Shown here: positions 1 to 11,629 of the stretch, piece by piece
Layout: every line of letters begins with the position of its first letter
Numbering within the stretch: the stretch's first letter is position 1
Source: Lama glama
Lineage: Eukaryota
Length of the DNA: 64,000 nt
Reading direction: 5' to 3'
Assembly (NCBI GenBank): GCA_028534125.1
Contig: CM052817.1
Coordinates: 20,772,001-20,836,000, forward strand
Notes under the pieces: generated by a model
What the model was told of the DNA's origin: nothing
Database searches by the model: none
The model's input: the letters and a program-made list of their open reading frames with translations, nothing else
Program-made: the position numbers and the translations under genes

Positions 1-549
1 ATTCAGCTATTCAGAGATGATATTCCTGTGCTGTAGACTGTATGAATCTGCTCAATGTGAGCCCTGGTCTGCCTTGCTTGAGAATTCAGCCTTCCTGGGA
101 GCTTTGTGTTCTTACAGTTAAGTCCTGGGAGTGGTCCTCAGCTCTGTTCTCCTACTGCAGAGAATTTTTGAATGCTCCTAGGAGGCCCTCTGGATTTCAG
201 TTCTAGCTTTCCACTGTGGTGCTGTCAGCTTTTCCTTAGCTTTTCTTCAAAGCACAAGCAAACTCAACCATAGCCTCCCAATACTATGATCTGTATAGTC
301 ACATTTTCTGCCATTCTCCATCAAATATCTAATACCTGGCAATCACTAATACGCTGCCTTGCAAAAATATACCATCTCAGTTCAGCACTGATGAAAGCTT
401 CAACAACTGAATCATCAACCGGTAGCAAAGTTTCTCTGTGCATTATCTGCCACCAATGACGGGACCCTCATTAACAGTGAGGTGGCAGATGGTGCAACTT
501 TTATATCCTATCCCAACATCTGCTTTCTTGGGCCAATTCCAGTACCAAT
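1..549 (-). mobile_element. ERVL internal sequence (5' leader/gag-region remnant), running off the window start
   Basis: Directly abuts the LTR at 550-906. The minus strand reads aattggtactggaattggccc, resembling the ERVL tRNA-Leu PBS (TGGTACCAGGAGTGG). Confidence 0.6.
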
Positions 550-906
550 TGTTATAGGCTGTGTTCCCCAGGAATCAGATGCTGAGATGGTGGTTAGCAG
601 GCAGGAGGTATATTAGCAAGTGCTCTTGAGAAAGTCAAAACAAAACAAAACAGAAACACCTGTAGAAGGGAAGGAGCATAAGTAGGAATGGGAAGAAGAA
701 GATACGAAGATATCATGGCGTCTCCAGGGAAGTCCACGTGACTCTTCAGACAGGCCTGAAGATTCAGTAACCAGTCAGAACCACCTCAGCTGAGGCAAGA
801 GACTCGTGCTTCCTCAATCTTTGGATGCAGTGCCCTCAACAGCTGGGCTGCTAAGTGTGTTATTCCCAAAAAGGATTTCCACGTGGTGTGTCATAACATC
901 TACCAC
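550..906 (-). mobile_element. ERVL LTR (LTR16/LTR33-like), 5' LTR of the element at 1-549
   Basis: ggctgtgttccccaggaatcagatgctgagatgg...cacctgtagaagggaagg resembles the reverse-complemented LTR16/33 consensus. The minus-strand start is tgtggtagatg. Confidence 0.65.
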
Positions 907-929
907 ATCAACTTGTTTTCTTGCTAGCT

Positions 930-1465
930 GAATTAGTTAAAGAGTGCTAACTGTCATTACAAAGAGTGTAAAACTTCTGGCTTAACAAAATAACACTTAT
1001 TTCTTGACCCTGGTACAGTCCATTGTTGAGCAGAAGTGGGAATGCAATTGTTCCATACTCAGTCACCTATGGAACCACACTTGCTCCTTCTTGTGGTTCT
1101 GCCTTCCTTTAATCAGCATCATCCAGCAGAACTTTCTGCAATACTGCAGTTGTTCTATATTTGCACTGATCAATATGGTAGCCAAAAGGGTCTTATAGCT
1201 ATCAAGCCCTTAAAATATGGCCAGTGTGATGGAGAAACTGAATTTTAAATTTTATTTAATTTTAATTTAAATATAAGTAGTACTTCTTTTCCTCCAGGTA
1301 TCAAGGGAAAAATGGTAAACCACATATGAGATGACTTTATGGACCAGGACTGAAAGTGATATATATGTTAATTTTATTCACATGCCATTGGCCAGAGCAC
1401 AGTCACATGATTACATCTAACTGCAAGGGAAGCTCAAAAGTGTATCCAACTGTGTGTGTACACTG
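930..1465 (-). mobile_element. MLT1K/J-like MaLR LTR, interrupted by MER3
   Basis: Typical MLT1 motifs: tggcttaacaaaataacacttatttct and ccattggccagagcacagtcacatgattacatctaactgcaagggaagct. Confidence 0.65.
1113..1282. mobile_element. MER3 (hAT-Charlie MITE) fragment
   Basis: tccagcagaactttctgc...gttctatatttgcactgatcaatatggtagcca...gaaactgaattttaaattttatttaattttaatt resembles the MER3 consensus. Confidence 0.75.
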
Positions 1466-1479
1466 AAAGCACAGAATAT

Positions 1480-3510
1480 ACAATATCTGTGTTCATGGAG
1501 TAGAAGACTTAATGTTGTTAAGATGTCTGTACTAGGGTTCTCCAGAGAAACAGAACAATGATGTGTGTGTGTATGAATATATATATGGAGAGAGAGAGAG
1601 GGAAAAGAGTCATAAGGAATGTGATCACGGAGGCCGATAAATCCCAAGATCGGCAGTCAGCAAGCTAGAGATCCAGGAAAGCAAACTGTGTAACTTCAGT
1701 TTAAATCCAAAGGTAGGAAAAACCTGATGTCCCCGCTCAAAGGCAGTCAGGCAGGAAGAACACTCTCTTACTCAGCCCTTTTGTCCTATTCAGGCCTTCA
1801 ACTGAGTGGATGAGGCCACTAACATTAGTGAGGACCATCTGCTTTATTCAGCCTACTGATTCGAATGTTAATCTCATCAAGAAACACCATGAGGGAAACA
1901 ACAAGAACAATATCTGACCAAATCTATGGGCATCCTGTTACCTGGTTAAGTTGATGAATAAAATTAAACATCACAATATCAATGTAATTCAAAATCACCT
2001 TACACATTCAATGCAATCTCTATCAAAATCTCAATATTTTTTATAGAAATAAAAAAATCTTAAAATTCATATAGAATCTCAAGGGACCTCAAATAGCCAA
2101 ATCAGTCTTGAAAAAGAGCAAAGTTGGGATCCCACACATCTTTATTTCAAAACAAACTGCAAAGCTACAGGGATTAAAATATCATAATACCAGCATTAAG
2201 ACAGATGTAAAGACCAATGGGATTAAACAGAGAGCTCAGAAATGAAGCCTTGCAAATATGATCAAATAATTTTCAACAAGAACACTAAAAACGTTTAATA
2301 GGAAAGGGTAATCTTTTCAAAAAATGCTGTTGGGGAACTATTCACATGCAAAAGAATGAAGTCCGACACTTATTTTTACTGTAGACAAAATTAACTCGAA
2401 GTGGAGAGCAAAACTAAATGTAAGAGCTAAAACTATACCTTAGAAGGAAACACAGGGGAAGAGCTTCATGACATCAGATTTGGAATGGTTTCTTGGCATG
2501 ATTTCTTGGATATGACACCAAAAGCATTAGCAAGCAAACAAACAAAAAAGTAAATTTTACTTCACCAAAATTAAAAACCATTGTGCATCAAAGGACATTA
2601 TCAACAGTGTAAGGGCATTCCACAGAATAGGAGAAAATATTTTAACATCATATACCTGATACAGGATTTATATCTGGAATATACAAATAGCTCCTACAAC
2701 TTGACAACAGAAAACCCCCCAAACAACCTTATTAAAAAATGATCAAAGAACTTGAGTTCTTCTTCTCCAAAGAAATTTACAAATGCCCAAAAGGCACATG
2801 AAAAGCTGCTCAAAATCACTAATCATTAGGGAATGCAAATGAAAACCACAATGAGAAAACTCATCACACCCGTTAGGATGGCCACTTTCAAAAAACCCAT
2901 AAAACATCAAGTGTTGGCAAGGTTTGGGGAAATTGGGACACTTTTGCATTGCTGGTGGGGAAGTAAAATCATACAACTTCTGTGAACAACAGTACCGCCA
3001 CTTCTCAAATAACTAAACATGAAATTATCATATGATTCAACAGTCCCGCTTCCGGGTATGTACACCCGCATTCATAAGAGCATAATTCACAATAGCCAAA
3101 AGGTGGAAACAGCTTAAATTTCTGCAGACTGATGAATGAATAAGTGAAATCTGGTATATATATACAACAGAATATTACTCAGTCTCAAAAATGAATGAAA
3201 TGCCAACGCATGCTACAACACGGGATGAATCTGGAAGACGCTATGCCAGGTAAAATAAACCAGTCACAAAAGGACAACTATTGCATGCCTCCACTTAACG
3301 AGGTACCTAGAACAGTCGTTCATAGACACAGAGCACAGTAGGGCTGCCAAGGGCTAAGGGATGGGAGGAATGGGACATAGTATTTAATGGCATGATGAAA
3401 ATGTTTTAGAGGTTGATAGTGACGGTGATTGCACAACAGTGTGAGTGTACCTAATGCCACTGAGAGGCACACTTAAAAATGAGTACAATTATTTTTCCAT
3501 AATAAAGAAA
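1480..3510 (+). mobile_element. L1 (L1MB-like): 3' part of ORF2 plus 3'UTR, interrupted by MLT2 at 1528-1975
   Basis: ORF2 motifs gttcatggagtagaagacttaatgttgttaagatgtc, cattcaatgcaatctctatcaaaatc and gaatgcaaatgaaaaccacaatgaga. L1MB-type 3'UTR ends aataaagaaa near 3510. Heavily decayed. Confidence 0.9.
1528..1975 (-). mobile_element. MLT2 (ERVL) solo LTR
   Basis: tgtactagggttctccagagaaacagaac...aaattaaacatcaca with TG...CA ends. 5-bp TSD atgtc (1523-1527) / atatc (1976-1980). Confidence 0.9.
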
Positions 3511-3875
3511 TCCCTCAACAATATGCACCTCTCTGATTTTATCCAGTACAACTCCAACCTTCTACCATATTTCATGTTCTTTCTTCAACACGCAAGACAA
3601 TTTTCCATCTTAGAACATAGGAAATTAACTGTTCCCTCTGCTTAGAGTCTTCCCCCTAATATCCTTCTTCCACCTACCTACATTTATTTCTCCATAGTGT
3701 TGAATGTCATCTGACAAAGGATGTATTTGTTAATTTACCTACTTCTGTCTTTGTCCACTCGCACGTGCCCTCTGTGAGAGCTTACCTGGTTTGTTTACTG
3801 ATAAATATTTTAGTTCCTATAAGAGCGCTTCGTACAAAGTAAGTACTCAGTAGTATTAGTTGAATGGATAATTGA
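3511..3875 (+). mobile_element. L2 (L2a-like) 3' end
   Basis: Ends gtaagtactcagtagtattagttgaatggataattg, the L2 3' terminus; preceded by L2-like tail sequence. Confidence 0.7.
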
Positions 3876-5597
3876 AAATTAAGGAATAAAACCTTTACTA
3901 TGTGTGATTTCCATTCTTACCATGTGTTTCAACATATTATTAAGGATATTTTTCTTCCTTGCTTAATGAGGGTTGACTAAACTTCCTTTCATAGAGTAAG
4001 CAGCGTTACTATTCACATTATAATGATAAAAATGGTTTGCCCCTCTGTCATGTTTTTTTTTTTTATTTCTCTTTGCAATGTTGTATTAGTTTTTTTCCAG
4101 TTAAAGAAATTATGGTTGATTTGGAAATGTTAATTTCTTCGAGCAGGTTGTATCATTGTTTCTCTGAATAAAAAATAACCAATATGCTGGACACATATAT
4201 ACACAAAAGGTACAGAGAGAACATAGATAATGTATAATGGTTTTTTCATACAATTTTTTATTCTGGGGCAGCAAGAGAATCTTTGCCAAGAAATCATTGT
4301 TTGGAATCTGTTTGGATCATTATATTTGAGTGACTACTACCTGCAAATGCACAAAACAATAGGTCTGCCAAATATAATTATGAGAAGAGAGAAGTTTTTT
4401 GTTTTGTTTTTTTTACTGGCATTACTCCATGACATAATTCAGTAGCATGACAAATTAGTAGACAGAATAAGTGCCCCGTCAAGCCTTAACATTCTGTCCA
4501 AGTAACACACGAACATATCTGTCCCGATCGAAGCTTAGGAATACCTCTCATGGGTCTTTGCTTTGTTTTTTAGATTGTCTATCAGTCAGAAACCACTGTG
4601 CTTGGATGTGAGGTAGGCAGCACCACTTTGTGTTTACATTGTTTACTCCTGGCAACATGAAATGATTGATTTGTGAATGTCTTATTTTTTTTTCATCTCT
4701 TATTAAATATGCTGTAGTTATTGAATAAAATAAAAATGAATGCTGAAATTGAAAATGAGCAAGTCCTAGAAAACTGACAAAAGTATCCCCTCTTACCAAG
4801 CAACTCATATATTGAGACAAATATAGGGGAAAAAAATTAACTTGGGTGACCTCATTATCTCATCATCTGGTAGTGTCAATGAATATTCTTAATTAAGAAA
4901 ATATGGGGGAAGTGTGAGTTTAAAGACAGAGCAGTGCACTGAAAATGGGCTCAACACTGAAACCATCTACAATATGGTATCAGACTGATATAATATATCA
5001 GTTTCTCTTTCCTTCTTTTGCCTGATTTTGGTCTAATTACTGAAATGCAATGGCCTCTTTTTATGATTATGCATCCAGAACCATTCACTCCCACAAAGTA
5101 TTCGCTGAAAGCATAGTAAATACTAGCTTTTGTGCCAGGAACCACACATTTAAAGAAAAATGGGAGTCTGACCCCTAACTCTGACCACTCAGATATCAGG
5201 TTGGAGAGAATGACATACAAACAGAAAATAACACCAGAGCCATAAGAACCAAGTGATTCATGATATTGTGATTTATTATATCCCTTGCATCACAAATGAT
5301 TCCACTAATATGAAACTTCAGAGGGTACTTGATTGATTTTTGTATTGCAATAAATGCATTTATTTCTTATGCATCTAGAAGTAAAAACTGTGTGGGTCAG
5401 AAAACTTTTCTTTGCCATTGTGTGTCAGTTGATTGAATAGCTGTTCAATTAGTGATTTGGTTCCCAAAGAGTTACAAGTGTGTCTTTCTTGTATGTAGTG
5501 TAGAAAAGGAACTACTACATATGGAGTGAAGAAAGTTTTCTTTGGTATTATTTGAAAAAATGTAAAGCAAGATACTGTTATGAAATAAAATTAGATG

Positions 5598-6626
5598 TTT
5601 TTATTATTTATTTTTTAATTGAAGAAGAGTTGATTTACAGCATTATATTAATTTCAGGTGTATAGTGTAGTGATTCTGTATTTTTACAGACGATACCCCA
5701 TTAAAGATTATTATGAAATAATGGCTGCCATTTCTTGTGCTGGACAACATAGTCTTGTTGCTTATCTATTTTAAACATGGTAGTTTGTATCTCTTAATCC
5801 CATGCCCCTTTCCTGTCGCCCCTGCTTCCCTCTCCCCACTGATAACCACTAGTGTGTTTTCTGTATCCCTGAGTCTGATTCTGTTAGGCTATATACACGT
5901 GATCATTTTATTTTTTAGGTTCACATGTAAGTGACATGGTACAGTATTTGTCTTTCTCGGTCTGACTTGTTTCACTACGCATAATAATCTCTAGATCCTG
6001 GGTTAAAGTTATTCCTGGGTACTTTAATCTTTTTGATGTAATTTTAAACAGGAATGTATTTTTCACTTTCTCTTTCTGATAGTTCATTATTTGTTTACAG
6101 AAAAGCAACATGTTTTATATTGATCTTGTATCCTGCAACTTTATTGAATTTGCTTATTAGTTCTAACAGTTTTGGGGTAGAGACTTCAGGGTTTTTCACT
6201 TTAAAGTATCATATCATCTGCAAATAGGCACGCTGGCAGCTATCACTCTGGTAGGGGGTGGGGTGGAGATGGCGGAGCTTGAGCGGGTACTGGATGTGAG
6301 GTAGAACTTCCCACCTGCTCAGTGGCCATCACCACACTATCAGAGGGGATCTGACTCCATGTTACTGGAGCTGAAGCTCTGAGGATCAGGCCTGAGCTGG
6401 CTCTGTTTTCTCCTCTTCTAGCATCAAGACCCTTGGCCCAGAATGGGAGAGTGCTGAAGCAAGGTGGGACCTGTGGTGGATCTGGGTTCATGTCAGTTGC
6501 AAACAGCGGTCTGAACTATCTCCAGTGTGTTGCCTGTACAGGCGCCATTGTTTCCCTTGCTCTGCTCAGGAGCATCCTCGGGTCCCCTTTGTTCCTTACA
6601 GATGATCACTGCCCACAGCCTCCCCT
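5598..6626 (-). mobile_element. Composite, internally deleted L1: 5'UTR-like GC-rich block + RT fragment + ORF2 C-terminus and 3'UTR with poly(A)
   Basis: T-rich tail near 5600 and an artiodactyl-type L1 3'UTR. The minus-strand ORF 5908-6111 joins KRLKYPGITLTQ to DLEIIMRSETSQTEKDKY. LFADDMI motif near 6205-6226. The 6228-6626 block is assigned as 5'UTR with lower confidence. Confidence 0.8.
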
Positions 6627-6689
6627 ATAATTAGTAATTTTAGAAGTGAGTATTTATTATGTATTGTAATATGTTGTATTGGAAAAAAA

Positions 6690-7010
6690 AAAGCCTGTGG
6701 TTTCAAGTTTTGTAATCCCGCTACACATATTTTGTAATGCAACTTAGTTAAATTGGGCTTCCATCTCCTTTTTCCAAGTAAGAATAGTGATACCTTTATA
6801 AGTTTTCTAGACTTTTCAAATGAGATAATAAATTTGAAACTCTTTGGAAATTGGCAAAGGTAAAATACTACCCTTGAATTCAGGGGAACTTCATTTGTGT
6901 CATGGCTGGCTCATCCTGGGTAAGTCACTTAATCTCTGAGGAACTATAAAATGAAGAATTTTGTCGATGATTACTAAGGTCACTTTAAAAAATTATCAGC
7001 CTATGAATCT
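6690..7010 (+). mobile_element. Degraded MIR/MIR3 fragments
   Basis: tcaaatgagataataaatttgaaactctttggaaattggcaaag and cctgggtaagtcacttaatctctgag resemble the MIR core and 3' end. Confidence 0.5.
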
Positions 7011-7391
7011 AAGATAAAATCACTATTAAATACAAGTAACTATGATAATCCAGAGCATCTGTATTGCCAGCAACTGTTTTCTTTTAAAAGTATTTTATAG
7101 TGTGATATTCTCAGGCAAAGCATAGTGAATTGGTCTGTTTGTGGTTGTTAAGTGACAATTTCCATTTTTTCTTTATACAATGCCTTAGAAAATCTAGTCT
7201 TTGATAACTCAAACCACCACATCTCCAGTTTCAAAAAAATATATTAGTGATTCTTCCAAACAGTGACAAACTGACTTTTCCCTCCCATATAATATTAATT
7301 TTTGAGTTTTAAAAATATATAGGCTATGCAAAGAACAAAACAGGATTAAGTTTGGTGTTTCTTCTTGAAAGTCATCTCCAGAAGGCGGTGC

Positions 7392-7511
7392 TTCCAGGAA
7401 CGGCAGCACACTGTCAGCTCATTTGTGTTGCCAGTGCCACCACCTCGTTCCCAGAAGAGCATCTGTGAATTTTTGGAGCGAATGCTACACTTCTGGGAAT
7501 GGTGCCCAGAA
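7392..7511. promoter_or_regulatory. Cluster of STAT-binding GAS elements (candidate enhancer)
   Basis: TTCCAGGAA 7392-7400, TTCCCAGAA 7448-7456, TTCTGGGAA 7491-7499, and the near-match TGCCCAGAA 7503-7511. Confidence 0.5.
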
Positions 7512-8532
7512 CATGTAAGCTTCCGTGTCATTTTAGAAAGTCAGAGAGGGGACAATGAAATCTTCATTTGCTGCAGTCTTTTACGTGCAGTCATCAGTCC
7601 TGGGGCTAACAGCTGCAATATTCATATATCCTTATTTGTGGATTTTTTAAGAAAGACTTTTCCTGCATTGTGAGTGCGGTATTTTCTGTGGTTTCTCCTC
7701 CTCCAAACCCACCCCTATCCCATCCTCTTTTCACTGTCAAAAAAATAATTAAATAAAACAAGCATTAACAATAACCAAAGGCACTATTGTCATACATAAG
7801 TGATATGTATAAATCAAGGGTGTTTATTACATTCCCTCAGCTCAAAGGATCATCTAAAAATATTTGAAGAATTTTAACAGGTAACATATATATTTTATGG
7901 AAACTTAAGCTGCACTGATGTGTAATCATTATTCTGATATTTGCATACTTGTTTTAATGCACATTAGAAAAATATAACCAACACACCAAGCTTAGGATTT
8001 GAGAAATGTTTTGCTGCTTTAGGAATTAGCTAAAGTAAATAGTGACACAGTAAGGGACTGTGCTTAGCGATGACCAGGTGAGTTACAGAGGCGGTGCTCA
8101 GTAAATCCTGCAAGGGTTCAGCCTTTAAAGCAGAATGTTTTACCATTATGATTTGAAATATGAATGGTAGGAGGCTATAGGTTGGAGGCAGGGGTTTTCA
8201 TATAAAGATTGACATGTATGTTATCTCAGTTTTTCTCATTAAGATACTGGAACTCCATTTTAAGAAGTTAATAATAAGCCTTCCAATTATACATAAATGA
8301 TATGAGTATGAGTTGGACTTGGTTCTGTGGTCTATTTTTGTTTCCCTGCATATTTATGTGTGTTGATTTCATCTGTATTAAACCATTTTGGATCAGTGGT
8401 TTAAAGAAGAGAATGTTAATACATAGAAATGAAAGTTATTTAAATATAATGTGAGCATTCAAAATGTTAATATGATTAAACTGCTCAAACCATATGAGGC
8501 ACACAGTATAGATATTAAATTACAGCAATTAC

Positions 8533-9075
8533 TGTTAGGTATTTAGATAAGTGGGGACACCAGGCAGGTAGGTGGAGAGAGGGAGGATGGCCCGGAAGAT
8601 GGTGTTATGCCCGCCTCCAGCATAAAAGGACTTTACTTCTTCTAAATGAGTGCCAGCAAAAAGCCGGTTAAATCCCGAAAGCCACCACTGCCTGGAAACA
8701 GAAAAGACTTAACCTAACATGACCTAGCGCTCATTGTATTATAATTAACACTGCAGTTTAGCCCCATTTCATGGGTTTTTCTGTGTACACTGTGGGTAAG
8801 GACATGCGCAAAGGGGCCATACGTGACTAGGCACTCCAGGGACAAGAGCTGTCAGTCAATCAAGAGACCGCCTCTAAGCCAGGGTATAAGAGGGGAGACA
8901 GAAACCATCGCTTTTCCTCCCTTGGATCAGCCTGCCTCCTGTTCTTGGGGGTGTACTTTTCCATTTTTTTAAATACATCTTTTAAAATCTTTTGCTACAC
9001 AATGCACTGTCTCCCGACTATAACTGTGTCTTTTGAGTACAGCAAGAATCAGGGTCTTTACCTTTTGGGGTAACA
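8533..9075 (+). mobile_element. ERV1-class solo LTR (543 bp)
   Basis: Inverted termini tgtta...taaca. 4-bp TSD ttac/tcac. TATA box gggtataagag near 8885 and degenerate polyA signal aataca near 8972. Confidence 0.85.
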
Positions 9076-10698
9076 TCACTACTATACCTCTGGTGCTACT
9101 ATTCTATTGTTAAGTTTGTGATGAAATCTGCATATGTCTTGAGAGACACATTAAATAATAATCTTAATTTTCTGTTAAGTGTTATAGAAGTAACAACTGC
9201 AATGTAAATCTAGAAAATGTTATAAAAGGCATTTAAAATTTAAATTTTCATGAAACTGTAAACAAGAACCAACTAATTCCTTTAAGTTTGGAGATGCTCC
9301 CAAATTCTATGACGTTATTTGACCTTAAGCAACATTGTGAAACTTTCAAAGACTAAAACAAAGTGAAAAAAGCATTCAAGCATTTTAGAAACTTGTTAAC
9401 ACTCTGATTGGATAAAAATGCTAATATTTTAGAATATTCATGTATCATGTTTTATTTACTCACAAAGCTTAAAGATGCTGGCATAATTTGTAAATAAACT
9501 GATCACATCCACTGTCAAAATGGCTTAAATAAGCAGGGACAAGCGAAATAACTGGTAAGATGCTTCTGTCAAATAATACAGTTCATTGGAAAACTGCAGG
9601 TACAGCTACACACTTAAGGCAGCAAATATCACAACTGTGATAAAATCTACTTTATTTACTCTAAGTGGACAGATCCTCTGGCAATGTGGTTTTAGTTAGT
9701 ATCCAGTGTGTTATATTTGAGCTAAATACCGAGCCCATGCAGACCCTTAGTTCTGCCAGTCTTGGCCAACCAGCACAGCTGGAATAGAGATTTTAAAAGC
9801 CGTTAATAACTTCACAACATAGTCTAGAAGTGATTTATCGGCATCAGCACAAAGAGTCATAATTGGTGCAAAATAAGAACTTGTTCCACATAGTCAAACA
9901 ACATCACTGTGGGTTAAGCCCCACATCTCCCACCCCAGGACACCCCAGACTTGCAGAAGACTTAAGTGGCGTACGTAAAGCTGTGAAAACAGATCGAACA
10001 TTGACAACAGAAGCCACTGAACACTCCACATGTTTTCTAATGTTTGTCTAGAATTGAGTATCTACAACAAATAAAGATGGTTTTTTACTAAAATCTTTTG
10101 TATTTTTTGTGTTGAAAGTTATCCCTTTTCTATCGAGGCAAAAGAACAACTTTAGTATATTTTACTTTGAGGTTGAAATCTTTAATATGTGACTTTGTAT
10201 GCAGTAAAAGGGATAGCCTTTGCATATTAGAGTATTTTCCAGATCTATCAGCCCAATGGGGCAGCCTTAACTTAGTTTTACAAAATTTATTTATATCGGT
10301 ATTCCACATATGAGACAGACTGAACTCATTAGTAGCAAAATCAAAGCATTAGCTATCAAGTCTTGATCATGGTATGTTTGATTGTTTCATGTGTTAGAAT
10401 GTCTTAGTTATAAATTCATTTGAAGTATTGTTGAAAAGTGTCTTAACCATTATAAAGATGCTGTGAATGGATAACAGAAGTAAAAGTACTTCATCTATAA
10501 TCGCCCATACTGAACACCACTTACATCTTGTAAGAAATGCTTTTGTCCCCTGTTGTGTTGCAAACATTATCAGATTGGTTGACATGTCCTGAAGAAAAGA
10601 ATTTGAACATTTCTGATGCTCTCTTGGAACAAAAGTTTGTTGTTCAAAGTTGCTCATCTTACTTTGATTAACAATGAATTCTCAGTTTCAGAATTTAT

Positions 10699-10718
10699 CA
10701 CACACACACACACACACA
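10699..10718. repeat. (CA)n microsatellite, about 10 units
   Basis: Direct read. Confidence 0.95.
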
Positions 10719-11559
10719 AAAACTAAATAATTTTTGTAGTTTTGAGATATGTATGTTTCAATTGAGGTTCTCAGAATTGTCAGTATAAAAAGCAATGAGC
10801 TTGTCATGTTAAATTAAGCTTAGTTTTAATGTTTAACTTAGTTTCAAGGGTCCAAAACTTGATTACTGAGCAACAACAGACATTTCCATTCTACTTCTTG
10901 AAAAATTAATTTTTAAGCATGTGATTGTTACGCTGATTAAATTAATGGCTATTTTTGATGTAAAGGTTTTTTTACATTTAATAATATTTTGGTGTAGTGG
11001 TATTAATTATTACAACAGTGATAAAAACCTATGTAATGTATTTTTAGGCAAAAAATAATACAAAATACTAATTAATAATACTACAACTGTACTATAAACA
11101 CATATAGCAAAAACAGAGGTTTTATGCAAATAATTTTAAGAGCTACCAACTTAAACTAAAAAACTTAATGGGCTGTAGAAAAATAGATTTTTCTTGACTT
11201 TTCATCCATTTGAAGATATGACTAAACGTCTTTGATGAAAAATCTGGTGTTGAGTCTATTAAGTAGATTAAAAAGTCTGGATAACTAAATTTATACATGT
11301 TCACCCAAATGTTTGTCATCAGACTCTTTTGTTAGAAAGATCAGTTTTCTGGGTCAAATTGTAAATTACATGAATTTTTGATCCCCATTTGTTGGAGATT
11401 TTATTAAAGTTAATCTGCAAAAAAGTCATCAGTATTGTGGTTACTTGTAGTAAATCTATTACTATAGTTGATAAAAATATGTGCTATACTTTGTTTTCAA
11501 ACAAAATTTATTTGTAAATCTCATACTATTTGGGGGATCTATTTGTATTCTTTTAATGA

Positions 11560-11629
11560 ATATCTATATCTATATCTATATCTATATCTATATCTATATA
11601 TAGAAGATAGATAGATAGATAGATAGATA
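11560..11629. repeat. Compound microsatellite (ATATCT)n + (GATA)n
   Basis: Direct read. Confidence 0.95.

Noticed and set aside
5580..6645. TSD around the mini-L1 (aaaattagatgtttt vs ataattagtaatttt)
   Set aside because: Too many mismatches in AT-rich DNA to call.
7365..7673. 102-aa ORF over the GAS cluster
   Set aside because: Non-ATG start and no recognisable protein; the regulatory reading is better supported.
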